In this document: positions 1 to 9,845 of the stretch, piece after piece
Position numbering within the stretch: position 1 is the stretch's first letter
Layout of the letters: every line of letters begins with the position of its first letter
DNA from: Desulfobacterales bacterium
GTDB lineage: Bacteria; Desulfobacterota; Desulfobacteria; Desulfobacterales; UBA2174
NCBI GenBank assembly: GCA_963668645.2
Contig: CAXXWC010000013.1
Coordinates: 224,001-288,000, forward strand
DNA length: 64,000 nt
Reading direction: 5' to 3'
Notes under the pieces: model-generated
Told to the model about the DNA's origin: nothing
Seen by the model: the letters and a program-made list of their open reading frames with translations, nothing else
Database searches by the model: none
Program-made: the position numbers and the translations under genes

Positions 1-306
1 CACGTTGGTCTTGACGTGTTTGATGCTGGACCAGTGGGCCTCGGGACGCACGAAGAAATAAGGCGGGGTGAATTTGTCCTTGTTGCTGAGCTGGGCGGCG
101 ATGGCCGCCTCGGGCATCCCCTGGGCGCGGTATTCGCGCTCCAGCTCCTCGCAGCGCTGGCCGAACAGGTCGCTGGCGCGCTTCAAGAAAAGCATGCCGA
201 AGATGTATTCCTTGTACTCGCTGGCATCCATGTTGCCGCGAAGGTCGTCGCAGGCCGTCCAGAGGAGGTGGGCCAGCCGGCCGAGGGTGAGTTTGGTCTT
301 ATTCAT
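1..306 (-). CDS. hsdM: Type I restriction-modification methyltransferase subunit M, N-terminal part (runs off window)
   Basis: Not in ORF track; manual translation from ATG at 306: [48 protein letters not shown]..., a typical HsdM N-terminal domain. Confidence 0.9.
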   Translation of the reverse strand, partial: MNKTKLTLGRLAHLLWTACDDLRGNMDASEYKEYIFGMLFLKRASDLFGQRCEELEREYRAQGMPEAAIAAQLSNKDKFTPPYFFVRPEAHWSSIKHVKTNV

Positions 307-876
307 ATTTTCAGGAGCATCGCTGTTCGGGTTCGGAAATGATTTTCAGGCCTGTAACGCCTTCAAAGTTATTTTTTAGATCCCAAATATGGCCTCAAGT
401 CAACGCCGGATTGGCCTGAGATCCCGGCACCCCCCACCCAGCCGAATTCTCTCCCATCCCGCAAGTCACGGCTGGTCACAGAGATCTCACGTCTGAGCGT
501 TATGGAATGGCCAGGTGCCCATCCGAAACCGCTATCCCAACCCCCTGAATTCTCAAAATGAAGCATTACCGTGGAAGTCACCGGGAAAATCGGGCCCGAG
601 CCATTCGACCATAGGGCATCAACGATAGGCACAAAAACAGGCAACCACGATACGCCGATCCGGATTGTCATTCGAGTTCAGTCAACCTGAAAGGGAACCT
701 ACCGATAGAGTCAGTGATGAAGTCGCCTGAGAGGTCGCCGGGAAGGGCGGAAACGAGCATGTCACCGGCCATGTACCGAGCATCTGGTCGGGGTTGGCAT
801 GCCTATCGAGCGGCTATCGGAGCCATGCCGCCGATCACCTCCAGCACGCCGGAGCAACGGCGCCGGCAGGGCCTCG

Positions 877-1149
877 TCAGGGATCACTCAACAACGCCGC
901 GTATTCCAATCCCGGCCCCACGCAGCGCCAGCCGTTTTGGATGAGCAGGGTTCCGGTGGCTCGGAAGTCCACATCCTGGATGCGCTCGATGACCTCGGGG
1001 GTGCCGCCGGCGTCGAGGCTGAAGGCCACCGCCTGACCAGACTTGGCGATGAGCACGAAACGGTTTCCCGGATAGGAAAACAGGCGCTGGGAAGAAGGAT
1101 CGCGTTTTTGGTCCATAGGTGACCGCCGTTGTGTGAATACCATTGCCAA
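877..1149 (-). CDS. Small hypothetical protein (start may be ATG at 1116)
   Basis: 79-90 aa ORF with plausible composition; no recognised motif. Confidence 0.45.
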   Translation of the reverse strand: MAMVFTQRRSPMDQKRDPSSQRLFSYPGNRFVLIAKSGQAVAFSLDAGGTPEVIERIQDVDFRATGTLLIQNGWRCVGPGLEYAALLSDP

Positions 1150-1204
1150 TTGCGCTGTTGGCGCAGTCCTTGCCGTTATGAACCTGGCGCGCCGGGAGGA
1201 GGTA

Positions 1205-1560
1205 TTATTCCGCCGGAAGGTCGAAGGAGTCCTTTCCGGAATCCTGGAACAGCATGATGGGCAAAATCTTGCGAAATTTCAAAAAGTCCTGGTCCCTGGT
1301 GTAGATCGACGCCCCGAGGCGCACGGCGCAGGCGCAGATCAGAAAGTCGGTGTGTGAGCCCTGGATGCCCTGTCTGCGGCAACGGCTGTGAAACTCGGCG
1401 GCGCGGACATAATCTTGGTCGAGGATCGGCTCGTTGGGAAAAAATTCAGCTTGTCACATAGCCGTGCGAACCGTGCCGCCTGCGAATATCCGGACAGCAC
1501 CTCCTGGCGGATTGGTCCCAGCACCACGACAAGCTGGTTTTCCACAAGATTAAGGAAGTG
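1205..1560 (-). pseudogene. vapC: PIN-domain (VapC-type) toxin remnant, 5'-truncated and frameshifted
   Basis: Two frames join at the T-run near 1439-1444: VVVLGPIRQEVLSG...KLNF / PNEPILDQDYVRAAEFHSRCRRQGIQGSHTDFLICACAVRLGASIYTRDQDF...; N-terminal 'lvDTsvw' motif is absent. Confidence 0.8.
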
Positions 1561-1594
1561 TTGACACGCTAATGTGTGTCGGTTTGTGTGTCAA
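1561..1594 (-). promoter_or_regulatory. sigma70-like promoter with overlapping repeats (probable TA operator)
   Basis: Minus strand TTGACA-17 nt-TAGCGT; inverted repeat TTGACAC...GTGTCAA and direct repeat TGTGTGTC twice. Confidence 0.55.
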
Positions 1595-1722
1595 TGGGTA
1601 TCGCCATCCAGCCGCCGCTTTCGTGACGAATTCGTTTCAGATCGAAGAACGTCATAGCCGCATGAAAATGGTTGCAGGCGTGGACCGAAAGTCACTACAA
1701 GGTGACAATATGGAGGAAAACC

Positions 1723-2844
1723 ATGAACCGACGCCTTTTCATCAAACGCGGATTGAGCACTGCGGCGCTGCTGGCCGCCGGCCCGCTGGCGGCCGCGTGC
1801 AGCGGCACGGGCCGCACGGATTTGCGCCTGGAAGCGGAGAACGATCGGCTTCCACATTTGCTCGATGCCGATCGGCTGCGGATTTTGGCTTACGCGGCCC
1901 TGGCCCCCAGCGGTCACAACTCCCAGCCCTGGGCCGTGCGGGCCGTGTCGGCAGACCGGTGGATCGTGTCGGCCGACCCGGCCAGGCGTTTGCCGGCGGT
2001 GGATCCGCAAAACCGCGAAATGCTGCTTTCCATCGGCGCTTTTGCAGAGAACCTGGCCCTTGCCGCCGGTGCGGCCGGATTCGCCTGCGACATCGAGGTG
2101 CTGGCCGAATCTTCTTTCGAACCGGATATCCTGCGCGTCAACCTGGCGCCGGATCGTCCCACCGGCTACCCTGTGGCCCGCCTGGAAAGCCGGCGTACCG
2201 TGAAGCGCGGATTGCGGCCGGAAGCGATCTGCTCCGCAGACCTGGCATTCTTGTCTGCCCCCCTGGGCGACCGGCTCTATTATTTCGCCCGGGAAACGCC
2301 TCATGCCGAATGCCTGCGCGAATGGACGGTGGAAAATTTCCGTCGCCAGAGCCTGCGCGACGAAGCCCAGCGCGAGTTGACCGCCTGGCTGCGCCTGAGC
2401 CGCTCCGAGGCGCAACGTTGCCGGGACGGGCTGACGGTGGAAAGCATGGATATCGGCGGGATCAAGGGCTGGTTCGTGCGGACCTTTGTCGAGCCGGCGG
2501 ATTTTTTGAAACCGGCCTATCGCCGGCAGGGGATCGATCTGACGGCCCGGATGGCCGCCGAAGGCGGCGGCTGGATGGTGATCACCGGTCCGGGAAACTC
2601 GGTGCCCGACCTGATAGAGACCGGCCGGCGCTTCGAGCGCATGGCCCTGCTGGCCCGGGAGCGGGGGATCGCCATCCATCCCATGACGCAGATACTGGAA
2701 GAATCCGAGGGGCGGCGACAATTCGCCGCGGCCCATCCGGCCGGCATCATTCCCCAGTTCGTGCTGCGCGTCGGGTATCTGGATCGCTACCCGCAGCCGG
2801 TAAGCCTGCGCCGGCCGGTGGCCGATTTTGTCAGGGCGATGTGA
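1723..2844 (+). CDS. Acg-like nitroreductase/FMN-binding oxidoreductase with twin-arginine signal
   Basis: RBS GGAGG then MNRRLFIK (Tat); LAPSGHNSQPW and RRT nitroreductase motifs. Confidence 0.8.
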   Translation: MNRRLFIKRGLSTAALLAAGPLAAACSGTGRTDLRLEAENDRLPHLLDADRLRILAYAALAPSGHNSQPWAVRAVSADRWIVSADPARRLPAVDPQNREMLLSIGAFAENLALAAGAAGFACDIEVLAESSFEPDILRVNLAPDRPTGYPVARLESRRTVKRGLRPEAICSADLAFLSAPLGDRLYYFARETPHAECLREWTVENFRRQSLRDEAQRELTAWLRLSRSEAQRCRDGLTVESMDIGGIKGWFVRTFVEPADFLKPAYRRQGIDLTARMAAEGGGWMVITGPGNSVPDLIETGRRFERMALLARERGIAIHPMTQILEESEGRRQFAAAHPAGIIPQFVLRVGYLDRYPQPVSLRRPVADFVRAM

Positions 2845-3003
2845 TCGAGGCGTTCTGCAGCTGATTTCCGGATCGCCGTTTCCCGCTCGATGCCTTGTTC
2901 CTGTTTTGCCAGCCTGCCGAAATCGAAATCCAGCGCTTCGGCCTTCCTGGGGAGGCTTGCAGATCTCGGATTCGCCTGGGGCGCTGGGCGGGATGCCTCT
3001 CCA

Positions 3004-3032
3004 TTGACAGCCTCCGGGGCGGGTGATATAAA
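3004..3032 (+). promoter_or_regulatory. sigma70 promoter
   Basis: TTGACA-17 nt-TATAAA with TG extension. Confidence 0.65.
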
Positions 3033-3075
3033 ACAATTTCAATTATTTTCTGGTAGGTTGCACTGGTAGAAGACT

Positions 3076-3489
3076 ATGGCGGATGTTATTTCCATCGTTC
3101 AAAAACGCAAGGCGGTCCAGGATCAGGACGCTGCCCGTATGCGCCGGCGCAAGCTCTATGCCGTGCGCCAGGCCATGCAGTGCAGCCAGTGCCATTTCAA
3201 GTGTGAAAAATGCGGTGCCCAGATCGAAGGCGAACCGGGGGATCGGCCCCAGGGACATACCAGTTTGCGGGTGCCCTATCGTTTTTGCGTCTTTTGCGCC
3301 CAGGACTACGTGGACTATATCGAACGGCTTCAGGGCCGGGGCGACCCTGAATACTACTGGCAAAACGATACCTGGCGGGATGCCTGGGCACGCTGGATCA
3401 GCTACCAGGGCGCGCTGGACTCCTTTGTGAAGTCGCCGGAGTTCGCCCGTCTGATCACCGAGGTGCAAAGTACCCCCAACCAAGACTGA
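3076..3489 (+). CDS. Hypothetical Cys-rich (possible Zn-binding) protein
   Basis: CSQC-x3-CEKC and CVFC motifs; promoter upstream. Confidence 0.7.
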   Translation: MADVISIVQKRKAVQDQDAARMRRRKLYAVRQAMQCSQCHFKCEKCGAQIEGEPGDRPQGHTSLRVPYRFCVFCAQDYVDYIERLQGRGDPEYYWQNDTWRDAWARWISYQGALDSFVKSPEFARLITEVQSTPNQD

Positions 3490-3551
3490 AACCCTGGCAG
3501 GCGCGGTGCGGATGCCTGCAGGCCCCTTACGCGGGGAGGAGAATCAAGGCC

Positions 3552-3746
3552 ATGTTTGGAATCGGTATGCCTGAACTGATCATCATCCTGGTGATCATCC
3601 TGATTATTTTCGGAGCGGGAAAACTGCCGGAAATCGGTGCCGGGGTCGGCAAGGCGATCAAGAATTTCAAAAGCGCTTCCATCGAGCCGGAACCTCAGAA
3701 TCCACCTGAAAAGCTCGATGAGCCGGAAAAAAAGGATAAGGCCTGA
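3552..3746 (+). CDS. tatA: Sec-independent translocase TatA/E
   Basis: [29 protein letters not shown] signature. Confidence 0.95.
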   Translation: MFGIGMPELIIILVIILIIFGAGKLPEIGAGVGKAIKNFKSASIEPEPQNPPEKLDEPEKKDKA

Positions 3747-3856
3747 TATACGGCTGGCCGCAGCAGGTTTAAAGACGCGACAGGGCGCCGCTGGCAGCGG
3801 CGCCCTGTTGGCGTATGGATGCGCGAGGGAAGATTGAAAAATCTGCCGCCGGCGGA

Positions 3857-4315
3857 TCAAAAGGGGATGTCATCTTCGCCCGGGCCGTTGTCCCGGGCCG
3901 GACCGGCGATGGGGCCGTAGGTTTCCTCCAGGTTCTGGGCGAAAGCCCCCCCTCCGCCGCCGTTGTCACGGGTATCCCGGCTGCCGAGAAACTGGACTTC
4001 GTTGGCGACGATTTCGGTGGTATAACGCGTGACCCCGGGGTTTTTAGTGTCTTCCCATTTACGGGTCTGGAGGCGGCCTTCGACATACACCTGGCGCCCC
4101 TTGGCCAGATATTCGCCGCAAATTTCCGCCAGTTTGCGGAAGGCCACGACCCGGTGCCATTCGGTCAGTTCCTTTTTTTCGCCGGTGTTTTTGTCCTTCC
4201 ACTCCTGGGAGGTGGCCACCGAAAAATTCACCACCGCCGTACCGTCCGGTGTATAGCGAACCTCCGGGTCCTGGCCAAGGCGGCCGACGATAATCACTTT
4301 GTTGATCCCTGCCAT
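3857..4315 (-). CDS. ssb: Single-stranded DNA-binding protein
   Basis: [22 protein letters not shown]...DDIPF; real start is ATG 4315, not the ORF-track start. Confidence 0.97.
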   Translation of the reverse strand: MAGINKVIIVGRLGQDPEVRYTPDGTAVVNFSVATSQEWKDKNTGEKKELTEWHRVVAFRKLAEICGEYLAKGRQVYVEGRLQTRKWEDTKNPGVTRYTTEIVANEVQFLGSRDTRDNGGGGGAFAQNLEETYGPIAGPARDNGPGEDDIPF

Positions 4316-4540
4316 TTTTGCTTCCCCCTGGTACGATCTCGTCTGTGATGGTTGATGGGTGGAATCCAAACAGCGCTGCCGAGCACAGGACGTGTCGCGA
4401 TGGCCACCCGGCCGAATATGCCTTGTGGCATATCGGAATCCCCGTCCGGTGTCAATTGCGGCGGATTCCGGCAAGTTTCCCGGAACCTGATGAATACTTA
4501 TCAAAACATAGGGTTGAACGATTAAGGAGCCTCTATCCGC

Positions 4541-5725
4541 ATGCCGAATCCCCATGCCCTGGAAAAACGCATCCGCCGCCACGTCATCGGCCGGCCCCAT
4601 CCTTTTTTTGTCATGACCGCTCCCGGGCTGGAAGAGACCTGCGCCGCCGAACTCGACCGTCTCCTGCCTGGGGCCCAGGCGCGGGCCGCCGGCGGCGGTG
4701 TATTGTTCAAGGCGCGCCTGGACGAGGCCCAGCAGGCCAATCTGATGCTGCGCACCGCGGGCCGGATTCTCATGCGCATCGCCGGCTTTTCCGCGGTCCA
4801 TTTTTCCCAGCTCGAAAAAGCGCTGGCAGCCGTGGCCTGGGAGCTCTATCTGCACCGCGGCCAGCCGGTCGAGGTGCGGGCCGCAGCGCATAAATCACGC
4901 CTTCACCACACCGAGGCGCTGGCCCAGCGGGTGGAAGCCGCCGTGGCCGAACGCCGCCGGGCCGTTTCTTTTGCAGAAGCCCAAGACCCGGCGGGATCGG
5001 CTGCCCAGATAATCTATGTGCGCGGCGATCACGACCGTTTTACCCTCTCGCTGGATACCAGCGGCATCCTGCTGCACAAGCGGGGCCTGAAGACCGACGT
5101 CGGGCCGGCGCCGATCCGTGAAACCCTGGCTTCGGCCATCCTCTATCAGCTCGGCTATACGGGTGAAGAGCCGTTGATCGACGCCATGTGCGGGGCCGGC
5201 ACCTTTTCCCTGGAGGCGGCCCTGATGGCCTGCCGCATTCCTCCGGGATGGTATCGGCCCTTTGCCTTCCAGGCCTGGCCGGCATTCAAGCCCCGGCGCT
5301 GGGAACATCTGCGGTCAGAATGCGCTCTTCAAATACGCCGGCCGGCCCCGGCTCCCATCGTGGCCAACGATCTGAACGCCGAGGCCTGCCGGCGCCTGGA
5401 ACAGGGGCTGGCGCGATGCGCTCTGGATGAGAGCATCGCGGTGCACTGCCGCGATTTTTTTTCCTTCGGGCCCGGGCAGGTGGCCCCTGAGCCGGGGATC
5501 GTGGTAATCAACCCGCCCTACGGCCGGCGGCTGGGTGCCCGCAGGGAAAGCCACGAATTGTTCGGCCGCGTCTGTCGCCATTTGGAAAAGCACTACCAGG
5601 GCTGGCGCACGGCCCTGATCGTACCGCCGGGGGCCGCTGCTGCGGTGCCGCGCGGCTTGAGTGCGCGGCCCCTGGTTCACGGCGGGCTGCACCTGCGCTT
5701 GTATACCGGCACCATCGGCGGCTGA
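4541..5725 (+). CDS. THUMP-domain class I SAM RNA methyltransferase (RlmL-like)
   Basis: [26 protein letters not shown] motifs. Confidence 0.85.
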   Translation: MPNPHALEKRIRRHVIGRPHPFFVMTAPGLEETCAAELDRLLPGAQARAAGGGVLFKARLDEAQQANLMLRTAGRILMRIAGFSAVHFSQLEKALAAVAWELYLHRGQPVEVRAAAHKSRLHHTEALAQRVEAAVAERRRAVSFAEAQDPAGSAAQIIYVRGDHDRFTLSLDTSGILLHKRGLKTDVGPAPIRETLASAILYQLGYTGEEPLIDAMCGAGTFSLEAALMACRIPPGWYRPFAFQAWPAFKPRRWEHLRSECALQIRRPAPAPIVANDLNAEACRRLEQGLARCALDESIAVHCRDFFSFGPGQVAPEPGIVVINPPYGRRLGARRESHELFGRVCRHLEKHYQGWRTALIVPPGAAAAVPRGLSARPLVHGGLHLRLYTGTIGG

Positions 5726-5740
5726 CGCGCATCCTCATGG

Positions 5741-6757
5741 TTAGATACGATTATCTTCAACCCCATGGCAGGCCACCTGGGAACCGCGATCAGTGACGGT
5801 GAGCCGGGGGATCTCTTTGCGGCAGCGGTCATCGGCCCAGGGACAGCGGCCGTGAAACACACAGCCCGGCGGCAGGTGGATGGGGGTGGGAACTTCACCG
5901 CTGAGTTTGACATGCCGTTTTCGCCGTTTTCCCAGTATGGGAACGGCGCTGAGTAAAGCCCGGGTATACGGGTGGCGAGGCGAGGCGAAAAGATCGGCCG
6001 TGGCGGCCAGCTCGCACAGCGTGCCCAGATACATTACCGCCACCCTCGTGCTGATGTGTTGAACCACTGAAAGATCATGGGTGATGAACATATAGGTCAG
6101 GCCGCGATGGGACTGGGCGTCCATGAGCAGGTTGAGAATCTGGGCCTGGATCGAAACGTCCAAAGCGCTGACCGGCTCGTCGGCGACGATAAACTCGGGA
6201 TCGACCATCAGGGCCCGCGCGATGCTGATGCGCTGGCGCTGGCCGCCGGAAAACTCGTGGGGATAACGCGAGACCCATTTCGGATCGACGCCGACCTGCT
6301 CCATCACCCGGGCCACGCGCGCCTGGGCCTCGCTATCGGAAATCCCGGGGTTGTGGAAACGCACCGGCTCCTCCAGGGCTTGGCGCACGGTCTTGCGAGG
6401 ATTCAACGATGCGTAAGGATCCTGGAAAATCATCTGCATCCGGGCACGATAGGGGAGCATCTGCCGGGCGTTGAGGCGATCGATACGTTCGCCGCGGTAG
6501 TGGATCTGCCCCCTGGTGGGCGCATAAAGCCCCATGACGGTCCGCGCCAGGGTCGACTTGCCGCAGCCGCTTTCGCCCACCACCGAAAAGGTTTCGCCAG
6601 CGGCGATGGTGAAGCTGACCCCGTTGACCGCCTTGACCGTGGTGCGCACGCGTCTAAGCCGCCCCTCCTCCAGCCGGAGCTGGTCCAACAGGCCTCCGGA
6701 GATGTCGAAATGCTTGACGAGATTGTCGATGGTCAAAAGACCGTTGTCAGGAGTCAT
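5741..6757 (-). CDS. dppF: Peptide ABC transporter ATP-binding subunit
   Basis: GESGCGKS, FSGGQRQR, C-terminal GCVFHGRC. Confidence 0.9.
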   Translation of the reverse strand: MTPDNGLLTIDNLVKHFDISGGLLDQLRLEEGRLRRVRTTVKAVNGVSFTIAAGETFSVVGESGCGKSTLARTVMGLYAPTRGQIHYRGERIDRLNARQMLPYRARMQMIFQDPYASLNPRKTVRQALEEPVRFHNPGISDSEAQARVARVMEQVGVDPKWVSRYPHEFSGGQRQRISIARALMVDPEFIVADEPVSALDVSIQAQILNLLMDAQSHRGLTYMFITHDLSVVQHISTRVAVMYLGTLCELAATADLFASPRHPYTRALLSAVPILGKRRKRHVKLSGEVPTPIHLPPGCVFHGRCPWADDRCRKEIPRLTVTDRGSQVACHGVEDNRI

Positions 6758-6828
6758 GGCTCAAGTCTGATGGATTCGTAACCATCCGTATCGCTACGAG
6801 AATACGTCAACCCCACAAGCCTTTATAT

Positions 6829-7791
6829 TTACACCGCGTGGCAGGCCACCTGGCGCCGGTCACCCGCCAGGGACCGCAGCACCGGTACGACCCGGGTGCA
6901 GATCTTTTCGCGAAGCGGACAGCGCGGATGAAAGGCACACCCATCGGGAATCTCGGTCAGGGTCGGCATCATGCCCGGAATCTGGTTAAGCCGGCTGCCG
7001 GGCTGGAGGCTGCCGGGCAGGGCGTGGATCAGCCCCTGGGTATAGGGGTGCCGCGGTGCGGTGACGATGGCTGCGGTGGCACCGGTCTCGACGATCTTAC
7101 CCGCGTACATGACAGCGATTCGCTCTGTCACCTGGCTGACCACTCCAAGATCGTGCGTAATCAGGAGCAGCCCCATCTGCTCAGCCTCGCACAGCTCCAG
7201 CAGCAGGTCCATGATCTCGGCCTGAATGGTCACATCCAGGGCCGTGGTCGGCTCGTCGGCAATGATCAGGGCCGGGTTGGTAAGCAGCGCGATGGCGATA
7301 ACGATCCGCTGGCGCATCCCGCCTGAAAATTCGTGGGGGTATTGGCGCAGCCGTTTTTCCGGGGAGGGGATCTGCACCTTGCGCAGTTTTTCCACGGACA
7401 AGGCTGCGGCCTCGGCCCGGGAGATGGTCCGGTGGGCCTGAAGCGTCTCGATCATCTGGGTGCCGACGGTGAGCACCGGATTGAGGGTCATCATGGGATC
7501 TTGAAAGATCATGCTGATGCGATTGCCACGGATGTGGCGCATGGCCTCGTCGGAAAGTCCGGCCAGGTCGGTGCCGTCAAGCAGGATGCGGCCGCCGGAT
7601 ATGTATCCGGGCTTGCTGATCAGCTTGATGATGGCAAAGCCGGTGACCGATTTTCCGGCCCCGCTTTCTCCTACCAGGCCGAGGCGTTCGCCCTTGTCCA
7701 GGGTAAAGCAGACCCCGTCGATGGCGGTCAACTCCCCGAGGCGCAGGGCGAATTTGACCTCCAGGTTGTCGACTTGCAGCAGATGAGACAT
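6829..7791 (-). CDS. dppD: Peptide ABC transporter ATP-binding subunit
   Basis: GESGAGKS, FSGGMRQR, DEPTTALD. Confidence 0.9.
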   Translation of the reverse strand: MSHLLQVDNLEVKFALRLGELTAIDGVCFTLDKGERLGLVGESGAGKSVTGFAIIKLISKPGYISGGRILLDGTDLAGLSDEAMRHIRGNRISMIFQDPMMTLNPVLTVGTQMIETLQAHRTISRAEAAALSVEKLRKVQIPSPEKRLRQYPHEFSGGMRQRIVIAIALLTNPALIIADEPTTALDVTIQAEIMDLLLELCEAEQMGLLLITHDLGVVSQVTERIAVMYAGKIVETGATAAIVTAPRHPYTQGLIHALPGSLQPGSRLNQIPGMMPTLTEIPDGCAFHPRCPLREKICTRVVPVLRSLAGDRRQVACHAV

Positions 7792-7870
7792 GGTATGGCC
7801 ACTGTTTGGCGTTAACTGCGGCAACGCGCACCCGGAAAGCCGGCTGCCCGCAACCCTTAAACGGGATACG

Positions 7871-8788
7871 TCATCCTCTGTACAGCTTCGGGTTGAGCAC
7901 GTCGCGCAGCCAGTCTCCCAGCAGGTTGATCACCAGGACGAAAAGCACCAGCAATATCCCCGGAAAGAAGGTGATCCACCAGGAACCGCTGAAGATGTAT
8001 TCGAACCCGGAGCGGATCAACGAGCCGAGCGACGGCTTGGTGACCGGCATGCCCAGCCCGAGAAAGGAGAGGGCCGCCTCGCTCATGACCGCGTTGGCCA
8101 CCTGGATGGTGGAAATTACCAGTACCGAGGTCAGGGTGTTGGGCAGCACGTGGCGGAACATGATCACCGGACGGCTCAGCCCGATCACCCGGGCGGCTTC
8201 CACGTACTCCTTGTTTTTTTCACCCAACACCGAAGCGCGCACCGTCCGGGCATAGACCGGCCATTCGGCCAGGCCGATGATGACGATCAGCAGCGGTACG
8301 GCCAGCTCCTCGTAGCGTCCGATGCCGAAAGCGACCTGAAAGATGGCGCTGATGAAAATGGCCACCATCAGATAGGGAAAGCTCAATTGAATGTCGGCCA
8401 TGCGCATCAGCAGTGCATCGGTTCGCCCCCCGCTATAGCCGGCCGTCAGGCCGATGACGATGCCCAGCAGGGCTTGGAGCAGCACCGCCCCGATACCGAT
8501 GAAGATCGACAGCCGCAGCCCATAGAGCATGGTGCTGAACATGTCGCGGCCCTGGACGTCGGTGCCCAAAAGAAATTCGGCCTCCCCCTCTTCCATCCAC
8601 CGGGGCGGAATCTCCGAGTTCATGATGTCGATGCTTCCGGCATCCCAGGGGTTGTAGGGTGAGAGAACCGGTGCCAGCAGTCCGGCCGCGATCAAGCCGG
8701 CCAGAACGACAAAACTGATCAGGGCCACCCGGTCGCGTTTGAAGCTGTAGAAAAAATAGGACGCCTTGAACCGCTGCCAGGCCCTCAT
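7871..8788 (-). CDS. dppC: Peptide ABC transporter permease
   Basis: LLGTDVQGRD, EYVEAARVIG, EAALSFLGLG. Confidence 0.9.
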   Translation of the reverse strand: MRAWQRFKASYFFYSFKRDRVALISFVVLAGLIAAGLLAPVLSPYNPWDAGSIDIMNSEIPPRWMEEGEAEFLLGTDVQGRDMFSTMLYGLRLSIFIGIGAVLLQALLGIVIGLTAGYSGGRTDALLMRMADIQLSFPYLMVAIFISAIFQVAFGIGRYEELAVPLLIVIIGLAEWPVYARTVRASVLGEKNKEYVEAARVIGLSRPVIMFRHVLPNTLTSVLVISTIQVANAVMSEAALSFLGLGMPVTKPSLGSLIRSGFEYIFSGSWWITFFPGILLVLFVLVINLLGDWLRDVLNPKLYRG

Positions 8789-9762
8789 CACGTTCTCCCC
8801 GCGATCCGGACCATGGGATTGACCAGGCCGTATATGATGTCCACCACGGTGTTGACCACCACGAAAATCGCTCCCACCACCACCAGGTAGGCCACCAGCA
8901 GGGACGTGTCCGACCGCTCCACGGCCTCGAGAAACATAAATCCCATCCCCTGCCATTGAAAAACGGTCTCTGTCAGGATGGTAAAGGCGAACATGATCCC
9001 GATCTGCACTCCGAACACGGTGATCACGGGCAGCAGCGTGTTCTTGAAGGCGTGCAGGAGCCACACGCGCCGCGGGCTGAGCCCCTTGGCCCAGGCGAAT
9101 TTGATATACTCCGTTTCGAGCACCTCCATCATTTCGCTACGGATCAGGCGGATAAACAGCGGCAGCATGATCGAGGCCAGAGAAAAACTCGGCAGGATCA
9201 GGTGGATCAAGCCGTCGCGGGTGAGCAGGCCGCTGTCCCAGCCCCAGACCGGAACCGTCTCTCCCCGGCCGTAGGAAGGGAGCCATTGAAGCTCCACGGA
9301 AAAGACGTAGATCAGGACGATGGCCGTCAGGAATACCGGCACACTCACCCCGAGGGTGGAAAAACTCATGGTGAACCGGGATAAAAGGCTCCGGGGGCGC
9401 AGCGCCGTGTAGACGCCCACCGGCAGCGAGACGAAGACAAGAATCAGGGCCGAACAGAAGACCAGCTCCAGGGTGGCCGGGGCCTTGGAAAGAATCACTT
9501 CCATGGCCGGCTTCTTGTGGAAAAAGGAAAGCCCCAGATCCCCTCTGGCCGCGCGGTCCAGAAAACGCACGTACTGGGTCACGAACGGGTCGTTGAGCCC
9601 GAGCCGGTCCCGCAGGGCTTCGCGCTCGGCCGGCGTGACCCGCTCGCCGACCATGTCCCGCACCGGGTCGCCGATCTTGTTCTTGATGGTGAAGCCCACA
9701 AGACTGATCACCAGCATGACCAGCAGGGCCTGGGCGACACGCCGAACGATGAATGCGAACAT
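8788..9762 (-). CDS. dppB: Peptide ABC transporter permease
   Basis: GDLGLSF, YIKFAWAKGL, TETVFQWQGMG. Confidence 0.9.
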   Translation of the reverse strand: MFAFIVRRVAQALLVMLVISLVGFTIKNKIGDPVRDMVGERVTPAEREALRDRLGLNDPFVTQYVRFLDRAARGDLGLSFFHKKPAMEVILSKAPATLELVFCSALILVFVSLPVGVYTALRPRSLLSRFTMSFSTLGVSVPVFLTAIVLIYVFSVELQWLPSYGRGETVPVWGWDSGLLTRDGLIHLILPSFSLASIMLPLFIRLIRSEMMEVLETEYIKFAWAKGLSPRRVWLLHAFKNTLLPVITVFGVQIGIMFAFTILTETVFQWQGMGFMFLEAVERSDTSLLVAYLVVVGAIFVVVNTVVDIIYGLVNPMVRIAGRT

Positions 9763-9845
9763 ACGCTCTTGTCATCCCGTGAAAAAAAGGGGGCGGGCAG
9801 GCCGGCGGCCTGCCCTGGGTTAGCCCTTGCGGCAAATCCGGGCTG

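Noticed and set aside
369..671. 100-aa minus-strand ORF upstream of hsdM
   Set aside because: No motif, atypical composition and no clear RBS
4316..4891. N-terminally extended 344-aa SSB
   Set aside because: The extension overlaps the opposite-strand methyltransferase; the canonical SSB start with an RBS is at 4315
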